Assembly (NCBI GenBank): GCA_028282925.1
Contig: JANQGV010000012.1
Location: 7,787-71,786 of the forward strand
DNA length: 64,000 bases
Origin: Thermodesulfobacteriota bacterium
Lineage (GTDB): Bacteria > Desulfobacterota > WTBG01 > CAIYCZ01 > CAIRTM01
Direction of reading: 5' to 3'
The notes beneath the pieces are model-generated. The model was not told the origin of the DNA, did no database searches, and saw only the letters and a list, made by a program, of their open reading frames with translations. Below, in pieces: positions 19,166-28,774 of this stretch (position 1 is the stretch's first letter; each line of letters starts with the position of its first letter). Made by a program: the position numbers and the translations under genes.

Positions 19166-19900
19166 TTAGCACTCATGTTTCATTGTTTGTTTTGCCGGCA
19201 TTCTGCCGCACGTAAACTTTTCGCCTTCCGGGCAAAAGCCCAGATTGAGGCATTTGGGGCCGGCACCCTCAAACACGGCCGGTAAACGCTGTCTGCACTG
19301 CTCCAGCATCTTATCGGCCACGTTTCGGATTTCCCACTGGGCCCGGCTGCAGCAGCGCTCCCCGAAAAAATGAATCAACTCCCGGCAGTTCATGGTCACC
19401 ACAATGCTGGAGGCCGCAGCCTGGGGCAGCACATAGCGGGCGTCCTGGTTTGCGCGTTCTCCTTTGATCCCTTTATCCGCAAAGGCCTGGGTGAGTCGGT
19501 CATAGCTATCTTGAATGCGATCCATGGTTTCGATATACATCGCCCGCATGTCGGCATCGGTGTCAATGGACGGCGGAACAATATATTCAAAAGGTGAAGC
19601 CTTGACATACCGCTGGCTCTGCTGAGAGTAGGAAGCAAGCCTGTGGCGCACCAGTTGGTGCGTCAGCGCCCGGGAAACACCACCTATGGCAAAGGTGCAT
19701 TTCACATGCTCAAGCGGGCTTTCATGACCTGCTGCGGCCACCTGGCGTACAAAATCGGCCTGCTTTTGGGGGTCCTTCGAAGACTCGACGGCTATATCTC
19801 CGGCAAAACCGGCCGAATAACATTGCCTGCAAGCGGCGTAAATCAACGCCAGAGCATTATCGGTAAAGTCCAGTACTTCGACACGCAGCTTTGATTCCAT
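19166..19900 (-). CDS. thyX: FAD-dependent thymidylate synthase ThyX
   Basis: ThyX signature RHRxxxxxxxSxRY is present as VRHRLASYSQQSQRY. 244 aa. Confidence 0.85.
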   Translation of the reverse strand: MESKLRVEVLDFTDNALALIYAACRQCYSAGFAGDIAVESSKDPQKQADFVRQVAAAGHESPLEHVKCTFAIGGVSRALTHQLVRHRLASYSQQSQRYVKASPFEYIVPPSIDTDADMRAMYIETMDRIQDSYDRLTQAFADKGIKGERANQDARYVLPQAAASSIVVTMNCRELIHFFGERCCSRAQWEIRNVADKMLEQCRQRLPAVFEGAGPKCLNLGFCPEGEKFTCGRMPAKQTMKHEC

Positions 19901-19920
19901 CTCTCCATCCCCACTTTTTT

Positions 19921-20643
19921 CTATATAACGGCTTTATAAATTTTCATTTTTTCTTTCAACTGCGGAACATGTACACCGGGTATGGTTTTAAAGCTATAGG
20001 AGTCCTTCAGGTGTTTCCTGAGGGCCTCGCTTACGCCTATTCCACGGTCTACCTTTTGGGCAAAGGCATTCATGATCAAAAAGGCCTGATTGACGGCATC
20101 TCCGTAGATATCCTTGGAAGCATAATCGGGATGCCCGATTAGTCCGAAATAGATTTCACCGGCATGCAGGCAGATGACCAGTTCCTTGTCTGAATTGATC
20201 CGGCAAATATCTGCGGCTGCAGTCAGGGCCCGGTCGGCATGATTTGCGCCCGAAAAGAAACATAAAAACCCATCGCCGGTATACTTTACGGGAATTCCGC
20301 CATGCTGAACCACCATTTCGGTCATATGATGAAAGACGATGTTGGTCCAGCGGGCAAGCTCTTTGGCCGACAGATATTTGCCTCTTTCGGCAAAGCGATT
20401 CAGGCTCGAGCTGAAGACCGTTGCCTCGAAAACATCACGTTTCTCCTCATGCATGCCCAGCAGGCTGTCCACAGAAACATCAAAGAGGGCGGCAATCTGT
20501 TTCAGCATGAAGATATCGGGAAAATTCTGGTCTTTTTCCCATTTAGAAACGGCCTGGGGGCTGACCCGCAGGCTGTTTGCGAGGTCTATCTGCTTAAGCC
20601 CGAACTTTATGCGTAATTTTTTGAGTCGATCTCCGATTTTCAT
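19921..20643 (-). CDS. XRE-family HTH regulator fused to a class III nucleotidyl-cyclase-like domain
   Basis: N-terminal HTH LKKLRIKFGLKQIDLANSLRVSPQAVSKWEKDQNFP. C-terminal region ATVFSSSLNRFAE...KYTGDGFLCFFSG...GEIYFGLIG resembles the adenylate/guanylate cyclase catalytic core. Confidence 0.6.
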   Translation of the reverse strand: MKIGDRLKKLRIKFGLKQIDLANSLRVSPQAVSKWEKDQNFPDIFMLKQIAALFDVSVDSLLGMHEEKRDVFEATVFSSSLNRFAERGKYLSAKELARWTNIVFHHMTEMVVQHGGIPVKYTGDGFLCFFSGANHADRALTAAADICRINSDKELVICLHAGEIYFGLIGHPDYASKDIYGDAVNQAFLIMNAFAQKVDRGIGVSEALRKHLKDSYSFKTIPGVHVPQLKEKMKIYKAVI

Positions 20644-20907
20644 ACCCCTATGTTACCAATGGAAGGGTAGAAAAGTCAACGACGCGTTGCTTGAAAAATA
20701 TCAACCGGCAGTTGAAATTTTCAGCTAAAAAAATTCAGTTCTTTTTTGTAAAATATATCACCGTATGCGATTGAAAGATGGTTCCGGCGCCTGTTGCTTT
20801 CAAATTGACACGTACGAAGTTTTTACCTATACTTATTTTTCCAAAATCACGGTTTTAATTTATTGTTTTGTTACTGATTTTGCAACTTTATTATAATTCC
20901 GTCGATT

Positions 20908-21327
20908 ATGATTGAATACTCAATTGATGTTTCAAAGCGCCTGATTCAAACAAGATGGTCCGGTCGAATTACTTTTGATGAAACAGGGCAGCTGTTTCGG
21001 GGCCTGTATGCCGATCCTGATTTTAATGCGGGTTTTAATTTCTGTGTATTTGTGGAAGCGGATACCAGTTCCCGTGATTTGTTCCTTAAATCCGACGATC
21101 TCCAAAAAATGCTCAAAGAGTTTTGTGAACTGATTAAGGGGGTAAAATGCGCTATTGTTGTAAGCGATCAGATGTCGCAATTAAAGGGCGCCCTTCTTCT
21201 GGATAAAGATTTGCCGGTTCATTTCTCTTTCTTTCGGGATGGTGCAAGCGCACTGGGCTGGATAGAGAATGCCGACCGTAGCGACCCGATAAACCAGGGC
21301 AGAATGCTTCGCACCGTTGATTGTTGA
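20908..21327 (+). CDS. Hypothetical protein, 139 aa
   Basis: Open frame with an AT-rich promoter-like upstream region. No recognisable motif. Confidence 0.4.
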   Translation: MIEYSIDVSKRLIQTRWSGRITFDETGQLFRGLYADPDFNAGFNFCVFVEADTSSRDLFLKSDDLQKMLKEFCELIKGVKCAIVVSDQMSQLKGALLLDKDLPVHFSFFRDGASALGWIENADRSDPINQGRMLRTVDC

Positions 21328-22624
21328 TTGTGTGCAAAACCCCGCGCTCCGCAGGGGGGTAAAAGGAAACTTCCGGAGGGGCATTGTGGAAAAGAAAATA
21401 CTTTTTGAGGATTTTTTTGACGCCGTTGGTGACGGTATATTTGTTGCCGATCCGCAGGGGCACTTGACAGCCGTAAATAAAAAGTTCGCCGACATGCTGG
21501 GGTATGGACCGAAAGAACTGCTCTGCAAACATGCCAGTGATATATCCGTGCAGCCTATTCCAGGTTTTTATGTCGACAGTGTCGTGTCGACGGTCCGGAG
21601 CACTGAATCCGGAGAACCGGCCGGAACCCATGAAATCCACTATAAAAGAAAAGACGGTTCCCTCTTTTTTGCCGAGGTGACTAGTACCTTTTTGCGTGAC
21701 GCCGATCAAAATATCACGGAATCCATCGGCATCGTACGGGACATAACGGAACATAAAAAACTGGAAGCGATGCTGCGGGAGCGTGAAGAGTTTTTGCGCA
21801 AAATTATTTATGCCGATCCTAACCTTATATTTGTCAAGCACCGTTCCGGGAAATATGTTGCCGTCAGCTCGAGCCTGGCCCGGATTTTCGGTACTACCGT
21901 TGATGATGTAATCGGGAAAACCGACCTTGATTTTGCCGAAAGGAGAAAAATGTCGGTCCGGGAGGCCCGGCAGATCAGGGAGGATGACCTGGAGGTTATC
22001 ACTACCGGCAAACCGAAGCATATACCTGATGAATCAATCACCCAGCCGGACGGCACGGTCATTTGGTACCAGACCACGAAAGTTCCGCTGTCCCGGAACA
22101 ATGAGCAGGATTATGTGCTGGGGGTGGCGGTTGATATTACCGAGCGCAAGCGGTCGGCCGACCTGCTGAAACAAAGAGAACGGGAACTGGAGGTAACAAA
22201 TGAAAACCTGGCGGAGGTTAATGCTGCTCTGAAAGTGTTACTCAAACAAAAAGATGATGACAGAATCGAGCTTGAAGAGAAGATGCTGTCAAATATAAAA
22301 ACACTGGTTGCCCCTTATCTTGAAAAATTACAGCAGCTTTGTCCTGATGTCAGAAGGCGAAACATCATTACGATAGTCGAAAAAAATCTGAAAGAGATTA
22401 TTTCCCCCTTTTCCAGGAAACTGTCCTCTCATTTTATAAATTTGACCTCGGCGGAAATCAAGGTGGCGGATCTTATAAAAAATGGCTGCCATAACAAAGA
22501 GATAGCGGGACATTTGAATATTGCCTCCGGCACGGTTGAGGCCCACCGCAAAAATATCCGCAAAAAACTCGGCCTGCAAAATACCAAAACCAACCTCAGA
22601 TCCTACCTGAAATCTATCCAATAA
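21317..22624 (+). CDS. PAS-domain sensor, LuxR-family transcriptional regulator
   Basis: Two PAS-like segments (FEDFFDAVGDGIFVADPQGHLTAVNKKFADMLGY; RKIIYADPNLIFVKHRSGKYVAVSSSLARIFG), a coiled coil, and a C-terminal LuxR HTH LTSAEIKVADLIKNGCHNKEIAGHLNIASGTVEAHRKNIRKKLGL. Confidence 0.8.
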   Translation: MIVDCVQNPALRRGVKGNFRRGIVEKKILFEDFFDAVGDGIFVADPQGHLTAVNKKFADMLGYGPKELLCKHASDISVQPIPGFYVDSVVSTVRSTESGEPAGTHEIHYKRKDGSLFFAEVTSTFLRDADQNITESIGIVRDITEHKKLEAMLREREEFLRKIIYADPNLIFVKHRSGKYVAVSSSLARIFGTTVDDVIGKTDLDFAERRKMSVREARQIREDDLEVITTGKPKHIPDESITQPDGTVIWYQTTKVPLSRNNEQDYVLGVAVDITERKRSADLLKQRERELEVTNENLAEVNAALKVLLKQKDDDRIELEEKMLSNIKTLVAPYLEKLQQLCPDVRRRNIITIVEKNLKEIISPFSRKLSSHFINLTSAEIKVADLIKNGCHNKEIAGHLNIASGTVEAHRKNIRKKLGLQNTKTNLRSYLKSIQ

Positions 22625-22824
22625 TGGAGATTAATCGTACCCAATAAATGCCCAATAATGCCCTCTTGACGCTACCTGTGATTTTTGCTCAAATCGGAAC
22701 ATGGTTGCATGAGAGTGGTGCCGCTTCACGGACACAGGCATAACAGTTGCGTAAAGGTACAAAGCCACGAAAACTGAACAATTATTGGTGTTTATCCATG
22801 TAAAAAGTGAAATGGAGGAAGGTG

Positions 22825-23721
22825 ATGAGAGTATTTATGAAAAAAACGGCGGCGGTGGCGGTGGTCGGTATGCTTATTGTTATGGGTCTTTTTTCCGCAG
22901 GGGCCCGGGCAGAAACAACCAAGATCTTGGCGCTTACCGGGGACGACCTGACCTCTGCCGACGCTGAGGAACTTATACTGACTTTTGCGGTAGCAGACAA
23001 GGTCGCCATAACCCGGACCGCTGATGCGAATTTTGTTGTGATGGCCGTGGTTGAATACAATGAAGAGTCCGGATGTGAACCAAGCCTCGTTATGACTAGT
23101 GCGGACGGCGTGCTGACTGCGACCTTTGCTGCGAGAGACAACTGTTCATCCGAAATTGATATTTCGCAGCAATGGGAAATTACCCTAGGTGATTGTGAGC
23201 CGGATACCGATATAACCATCAGGGGGGACGTGCTTGAGGGTGAAATCGACCTGGGCGGGCTTCCGTTGCGAAACCTGCTGATATCAACACCGCAGTCCGA
23301 GCTTGATGTGGATTTCAGTAGTCCCACCAAACGTTCCGTGGCGAGCATCGATATCCATACCACCGGGTGCCGGAAACTTACCATGTCGAATATAGGCAAC
23401 ACCGATTTTGAAACATTCGAATTGTTTGCCGGCGGTATGAATGTTGATCTGGATTTCCGCGGTGCTTACGGGAGTAATCGTCACGGCGTTAAAATCGAGG
23501 GGGCCGCCAACCGGTTCAACATAATCGTCCCTGCAGATGCAAGTCAAACAGTGCAGTCACTGATTACGATATCGAGTGTTTCCGTCGGACCTCTTTTGCA
23601 ATGGAACAAAAGAAAACGGGTGAATAACGCGTTTATCTATTCATCCAGCTATGAGTATGAGAACACTATTACTATCGATTTGGCGACGGTTTATTCGAGC
23701 ACAAGAATTTTCCGCAAATAA
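22825..23721 (+). CDS. Secreted hypothetical protein (possible beta-helix / putative adhesin-like fold)
   Basis: RBS GGAGGAAGG, then MRVFMKKTAAVAVVGMLIVMGLFSAGARA signal peptide, and a repetitive beta-rich body. No catalytic motif. Confidence 0.55.
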   Translation: MRVFMKKTAAVAVVGMLIVMGLFSAGARAETTKILALTGDDLTSADAEELILTFAVADKVAITRTADANFVVMAVVEYNEESGCEPSLVMTSADGVLTATFAARDNCSSEIDISQQWEITLGDCEPDTDITIRGDVLEGEIDLGGLPLRNLLISTPQSELDVDFSSPTKRSVASIDIHTTGCRKLTMSNIGNTDFETFELFAGGMNVDLDFRGAYGSNRHGVKIEGAANRFNIIVPADASQTVQSLITISSVSVGPLLQWNKRKRVNNAFIYSSSYEYENTITIDLATVYSSTRIFRK

Positions 23722-24414
23722 TTCCCATGCAGGGCAAACGCATGGGGGTAAGATTTTTGACTGATTTTCTTGTAAAAAAAGGAAAGAGACTGACTACGAG
23801 GATGCCGATAACAGAGGTTGTTGTAGTTGTTGCTTTCCTGCTTGTCCCAGCTATGGGAGTGAGCCGTTGAAATGTATTGCGACTACTATTTATGCCTGGA
23901 AACCACTGGCGCTGATGAACTGTTGTATATTGGGTTATCGTTACAACAGTACGTCTGATGATTTCGGCATGTAAACCGCACTTGTGCTTTTGCTTTGGAT
24001 GCCGACATCCCGGATGTTTTCGTTTGCAATCGCCGGGAGCGCTTCTTATGGTATGTTTACCAGGGACCGGCGACGGTGTGAATGCGAAAAGCGTGAATGT
24101 GACGCCGCCGGGGATGTCGTCCGCCATGCCGCGTGGCGATAACGTTTATGATCCACAAGGCTCATTGCTTTCTCTCCAAGGGTTCATTAAAAACACCTAT
24201 CTTAAAACGGCAGTTTCAGCTCATCAAAGTGGTGATCTCTATAGTATGCCGATTTAAAATAATTTTTATCAGCTTACTTATCGGCCCTTATTTGAAAGTA
24301 CGATAAAAAGGTGGACGCACATCCGGTATGACAGGTTGTGTTGTTGCCCAATTGATTTTGGGCCGGTAGCAGGAGTGGGTATGGATAGAGTCTGATCCTG
24401 ATGAATAATACGGA

Positions 24415-26454
24415 CTAAAATTTACAGGAGCACTTCACCCAATACGCGCGTTCGGGACCGGCGTCGGCATTGTGCTGTTCGTATTCCTCGTCGGTCAGGT
24501 TGGTCACGACCGCCTTGATGTTAAGGCGGTCAAACAGATCGAGTTGCACCGTCAGATCGGCAATGGTGAAAGCGTCCATTTCGAGAAGATTTTTTGTCAT
24601 GCGGTCCTGATAGAACATGCTGTCGGTGAAGCGCACGTCAAGTGCCGTGGTAAGAACGGCCCGGGGTGCAATGCGATGCACCGTTTGTACTCCGGCATTT
24701 ACGCGGTGCAGCGGTGTATCTCCCAGGCGGCCCTGCTCCTTATCAACTGCGTGGGTATAGGTGTAGTTTGCATAGCCCTTGAGCCAGCTGACGGGTGATA
24801 CTTCCAGGCCGACCTCAAACCCGTCGGTTTCAATTTTGTTGACGTTTTCATACCGCATAACCCCGTTTGTTATGACCGCTGTTATCAGGTCCTCGGCGTC
24901 GGTGTAAAATGCAGTCAGCTTGAATGAGGCATTTTTGTGAATTTTAACTGAAATGCCGAGATCATAGGACCAGATCACTTCGGGGTCGAGGTCCGGGTTC
25001 GACATGAAGGGTACACCGGGTATCATCTGCCAGGTCGGCTGGTGCAGTTCGGTCAGAGTGGGTGCACGAAAGGCACGACCTATGGACCCGCGTATCTGTA
25101 TGCGATCGTTAAGCCGGTACAGTATTCCCATCTTGGGAGAAAAGGAACTTTCCGATTCCGAGTTTGCATCAAAACGGCCACCGAGAGTGACGGTCAAACG
25201 CTCAAATAATTCAATCTCATGCTGCAGGTACAGGGCCTGGGTTGTCATGTCCTCATCCATGGTCCTGTCGATAACACGGCCGTCGCTACCGCGGTTTTTC
25301 CAGTAGGCCTCTTTGAAGTTCAGATCAATCCCGGCCGTCAAAAAGCTCGTGCATGACAGGGGCGTGGCCGCCTTGAGCTGCAGGCCGGTGTCGCGGCCCC
25401 AGTAATCCTGGTCTCCGTACTCATATGAATAACGCGAACCGAAAAACCCCTGATGTTCAACCATGTTTTCATCATCCGTTTCCGTACGGTCATAATTGGT
25501 GTAGAGGCGGGTTTCGAGTTCCAGTTCGTCAAACAGCAGTGTTTGTGCGGTCAGATTCAGGTAGTACAGCGTACGGTTCATGTTTCTGTCGCGTTCACGG
25601 GGAAGGTGGGTTGTCCTGCCCATGCCGGTGTCGCTTTCGGTATAGCCGCCGCTGAGCATCAGGGTCGTACGGTCGGACACCTGGTAATCGAGGCGGCCTG
25701 CAAAACGCCGGTCACGGAAAACTGCGTTAACTGTGTCGGTCTCCCTGGTGGTAAAGCCGCCGGAAAAAGGATTGTAAGAATACTTAACACGCCTGTCGGT
25801 GCGATAATGATTGCGTATGGAGCGGTATCCGGCGTTTATGCTGCCTGAAAGGCGATCTTTTTTAGCTTCCAGTCGAATGCCGGCTTCCCGGAACCCATCG
25901 CTTCCGGCGCTTATATAGGGCATCTCGCTGCGCCCCTCCATGGTACGCTTTTTGGTGATGATATTAATAACACCTCCCATGGCATTACTGCCGTAGAGGG
26001 CCGAAAACGCACCTTTGACGACTTCAATCCGTTCAATTGTTTCCGGTTGAATAATGCCCGGGATAACAAACCCCGTCAGGGCTGAATTGATCGGCATGCC
26101 GTCAACCATATACAGGACCCGGTTTGCACCGCTCACCCCCCGTATCGAGGTGCTCATGGGAAAGGTAACGGTCATGTCCGACGAGCGGGTCATCTCAACG
26201 CCGCTGAATCTACGGAGCATATCATCAATGTTGCTTGTCGGGGCGGCCTTGATATCTTGCGCGCTGAGTATTTCAACGTCGGCGGTGACCTCATCAAGAG
26301 ATTTTTCACCCCGGGTTGCGGTAACCACTACCTCATCAAATCGATATGCGGTGCTTCCGGTGCCAGGAGTAGACTGTGCTGTAGCGGTCATAGGGGAAAT
26401 GATCTGTAGCAGTACAATAGCGTTGAGTAGGGCGAGGGTGGTTTTCTTCATCAT
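24415..26454 (-). CDS. TonB-dependent outer-membrane receptor (second BtuB-like), riboswitch-controlled. True start MMKKTT at 26454
   Basis: Signal peptide MMKKTTLALLNAIVLLQIISPMTATAQ, TonB box DEVVVTATR, plug motifs (IRGVSGANRVLYMVDGMPIN, GGVINIITK), C-terminal F. RBS AAGGAG and a terminator hairpin lie just upstream of 26454, so the 26541 start in the ORF track is an in-frame read-through. Confidence 0.85.
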   Translation of the reverse strand: MMKKTTLALLNAIVLLQIISPMTATAQSTPGTGSTAYRFDEVVVTATRGEKSLDEVTADVEILSAQDIKAAPTSNIDDMLRRFSGVEMTRSSDMTVTFPMSTSIRGVSGANRVLYMVDGMPINSALTGFVIPGIIQPETIERIEVVKGAFSALYGSNAMGGVINIITKKRTMEGRSEMPYISAGSDGFREAGIRLEAKKDRLSGSINAGYRSIRNHYRTDRRVKYSYNPFSGGFTTRETDTVNAVFRDRRFAGRLDYQVSDRTTLMLSGGYTESDTGMGRTTHLPRERDRNMNRTLYYLNLTAQTLLFDELELETRLYTNYDRTETDDENMVEHQGFFGSRYSYEYGDQDYWGRDTGLQLKAATPLSCTSFLTAGIDLNFKEAYWKNRGSDGRVIDRTMDEDMTTQALYLQHEIELFERLTVTLGGRFDANSESESSFSPKMGILYRLNDRIQIRGSIGRAFRAPTLTELHQPTWQMIPGVPFMSNPDLDPEVIWSYDLGISVKIHKNASFKLTAFYTDAEDLITAVITNGVMRYENVNKIETDGFEVGLEVSPVSWLKGYANYTYTHAVDKEQGRLGDTPLHRVNAGVQTVHRIAPRAVLTTALDVRFTDSMFYQDRMTKNLLEMDAFTIADLTVQLDLFDRLNIKAVVTNLTDEEYEQHNADAGPERAYWVKCSCKF

Positions 26455-26486
26455 GTGTACAAGCTCCTTATCTTCTGGTGATGCAA

Positions 26487-26525
26487 TAAAAAATCCCCGG
26501 GACGACATGCAGTCGTCCCGGGGAT
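26487..26525 (-). terminator. Rho-independent terminator, expression platform of riboswitch 3 (hairpin flanked by A-run and T-run)
   Basis: ATCCCCGGGACGAC-atgc-AGTCGTCCCGGGGAT with a T-run downstream on the minus strand, between the aptamer and the receptor start codon. Confidence 0.55.
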
Positions 26526-26589
26526 TCCGTTTTTTATCCACGGTCTGGTATTACATGTCCCTGTTTCCCGAGGGCATGTAACGCTTTTT

Positions 26590-26780
26590 ATCCATACAGG
26601 CAGGTCTTCTGGCTTCCCTGCCCTCTGGCCGCCTTCCCATTCCGACACATCGGAACAGTGGCATGCCAGGCCAAAGGGTTCCCTTTTCTACATCAATAGA
26701 CAAGGGTTGGGTTACAGCGGCGGGTCCGCGACGGTTTTGCACCGGCTTCCCTATTAAGCCACACTGTGGCGCCTGTATTT
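26590..26780 (-). promoter_or_regulatory. Cobalamin riboswitch, copy 3 (minus strand)
   Basis: The reverse complement reads AATAGGGAAGCCGGTGCAAAACCGTCGCGGACCCGCCGCTGTAACC ... ATGCCACTGTTCCGATG ... GGGAAGGCGGCC ... GGAAGCCAGAAGACCTGCCTG. Near-identical in core to copy 2. Confidence 0.8.
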
Positions 26781-26851
26781 AATTGTATGTGCCGGGAGCG
26801 CGTGCTCTCCGGTGTAAACACAGCCGTTTATAAAAGGCTATGTGTTTTTTT

Positions 26852-28774
26852 TTAATCCTGCAGCCGATCACGTACGGCGCTTTCTATAGATGTCGCTTCT
26901 ATGTGCGACAGTTTGACATATTCAGCCTGGGAGGCTTCGGCCAGCTTTTTTGCCAGGCCCAGGGAAAGAAAATCATCCTCGGCATCAAGGACAACAAGCC
27001 GAATGCCGGCAAGGGTGAGCTGCCTGGCAAAATCCACGGCCTCGTCAAACGGAGTCGTTTCTGTCCGTGCATAGGGCACATTGGCCTTCCCGTCGCTGAG
27101 GAGCGCAATCATTATTTCAACGTCCGGGTCGCGCTGCCGGATTTGATGAGCCAGTTCCAGCCCACCTGCAAGGCCGTGAGCAAGCGGTGTTCTTCCGCCG
27201 GTGGGCAGTTCTTTGAGGTGTTCATGGGCCAGGTCGACATTGTCGGTCGGCTGAAGCAGCACCTCATGCCGGTCGTCGCGAAAAGCGAGCAATGCCACGC
27301 GGTTGCGCTTGACGTAGGCGTCCTGAAGCAGGGCAAGGGCCGCCCCTTTGGCGGCTGCCATCCGTTCAGATGCGGCCATGCTGCCGCTGGCGTCAACTGC
27401 AAGAATAACCGTGGTTCCCGCGGACTGGGTACGCTGTTTTGCTCTGATGTGGTCGGGCCGTATATGGACGACATCATTGGACGCACAGTCCATCTGGTCC
27501 GGAGCTGCGGCCCGCAGGGTGGCATCAAGGGCGATGTCGCTGCTGGAAACAGGCCCATGGGGCTCTACGGCGCGTGCTGCGCGGCCACGTCGTCCCGGTG
27601 CCGTGGTTTTTGTGCGTTTACCGCTTGATGATGCATGCTTTGGGCGTGCCTCAGTTGCAGAAAGGGTGACATCAGGCGTTTGCCCGATCTCAAATGTTCG
27701 GTCCGGGGGTGCTTCCTGCTGCAGATCGTCGGGAGCGTTTTCGGACTGCTGCTCTTGATTTTTTTCAGGCTGCTGCAGCGCGTCGTCGATTTTGTCCGGG
27801 TCGAGGCGGCTCTCTTCAAACGGCCGCCTCCGCATACGATGTGAAATCGACATCAAGGCAGCCTTTTTGATGTCATCCTCGGATACCTGTTCTCTGCCGT
27901 CAAAGGCGGCCAGGGTCAGGGCGGCACGTGTCATTACAATATCGGCCCGGTGCGAACGCACATCCAGCTCAATGCAGATTCGGGCAGCAAGCTGTATAAG
28001 TTCTTCGCTGATGGTCACCCGGGGGAGCAGCGTGCAGGCGGCACGTATATCCCGGGCGAGGTTTTGCTGCTGCTGTTGAAAACGGTCGGCAAACGCAGCA
28101 GGATCGTTTTCCCAGGCTATGCGGTTCCTGACAATCTCGGTGCGCTCGCCGATATCCATAAGAGCCCCGGCGTCAACACACAGCGAAAACCGGTCAAGGA
28201 GCTGTGGCCGCAGGTCGCCTTCTTCAGGATTCATGGTGCCGATCAGCAGGAAGCGGGCAGGGTGGGTAAAACTCAACCCCTCGCGCTCAACTGTGTTAAC
28301 CCCCATGGCCGCCGCATCAAGCAGCAGGTCCACGATATGATCGTCAAGCAGGTTCACCTCATCGATATACAGGATGCCCCGGTGTGCCGCGGCAAGCACG
28401 CCGGGTTCAAAACGGCGTTTACCGTGTTTCAGAGCATACTCTACATCGAGGGTTCCGGCCACCCGGTCCTCGGTGGCATTGGCCGGTAGCGTTATCACCG
28501 GCATAGGGCGCATTGCCGGGCGGATTTCACCGGTCGCCGAGCAATGAGGACATTCGGGCATGGGGCTGTCCGGGCTGCAGTTGAACGGGCAGCCTTCTGC
28601 TGTCTCAATTTCCGGGAGCAACTCGGCCAGCGCACGGGCCAGAGTGGATTTTGCGGTACCCTTTTCGCCCCGGATCAACACCCCGCCGATAGCGGGATTG
28701 ATTGCATTTAGAATCAGGGCCTCTTTCATCTGCGGTTGCCCTGTAATGGCGGTAAAAGGATACTGAGTCGTCAT
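26852..28774 (-). CDS. Class I chelatase ATPase/vWA subunit: Mg-chelatase ChlI-like AAA+ domain fused to a ChlD-like vWA domain
   Basis: Walker A GEKGTAKST, AAA+ box GILYIDEVNLL, Ser/Pro/acidic linker, C-terminal vWA with the MIDAS motif in ILAVDASGSM. Overlaps cobN by 4 nt. Confidence 0.85.
   Translation of the reverse strand: MTTQYPFTAITGQPQMKEALILNAINPAIGGVLIRGEKGTAKSTLARALAELLPEIETAEGCPFNCSPDSPMPECPHCSATGEIRPAMRPMPVITLPANATEDRVAGTLDVEYALKHGKRRFEPGVLAAAHRGILYIDEVNLLDDHIVDLLLDAAAMGVNTVEREGLSFTHPARFLLIGTMNPEEGDLRPQLLDRFSLCVDAGALMDIGERTEIVRNRIAWENDPAAFADRFQQQQQNLARDIRAACTLLPRVTISEELIQLAARICIELDVRSHRADIVMTRAALTLAAFDGREQVSEDDIKKAALMSISHRMRRRPFEESRLDPDKIDDALQQPEKNQEQQSENAPDDLQQEAPPDRTFEIGQTPDVTLSATEARPKHASSSGKRTKTTAPGRRGRAARAVEPHGPVSSSDIALDATLRAAAPDQMDCASNDVVHIRPDHIRAKQRTQSAGTTVILAVDASGSMAASERMAAAKGAALALLQDAYVKRNRVALLAFRDDRHEVLLQPTDNVDLAHEHLKELPTGGRTPLAHGLAGGLELAHQIRQRDPDVEIMIALLSDGKANVPYARTETTPFDEAVDFARQLTLAGIRLVVLDAEDDFLSLGLAKKLAEASQAEYVKLSHIEATSIESAVRDRLQD

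Noticed and set aside
21152-22021. 289-aa minus-strand ORF overlapping the hypothetical 139-aa gene and the PAS-LuxR regulator
   Set aside because: Antisense to a motif-supported regulator, and no recognisable domain.
22782-23402. 206-aa minus-strand ORF antisense to the secreted protein 22825-23721
   Set aside because: The plus-strand gene has an RBS and a signal peptide. The minus-frame translation is Ser-rich and low complexity.
27112-28489. Several 70-180-aa ORFs on both strands inside the chlID gene (for example 27348-27758 +, 27950-28489 +)
   Set aside because: They overlap the AAA+/vWA chelatase gene, which has clear Walker and MIDAS motifs.
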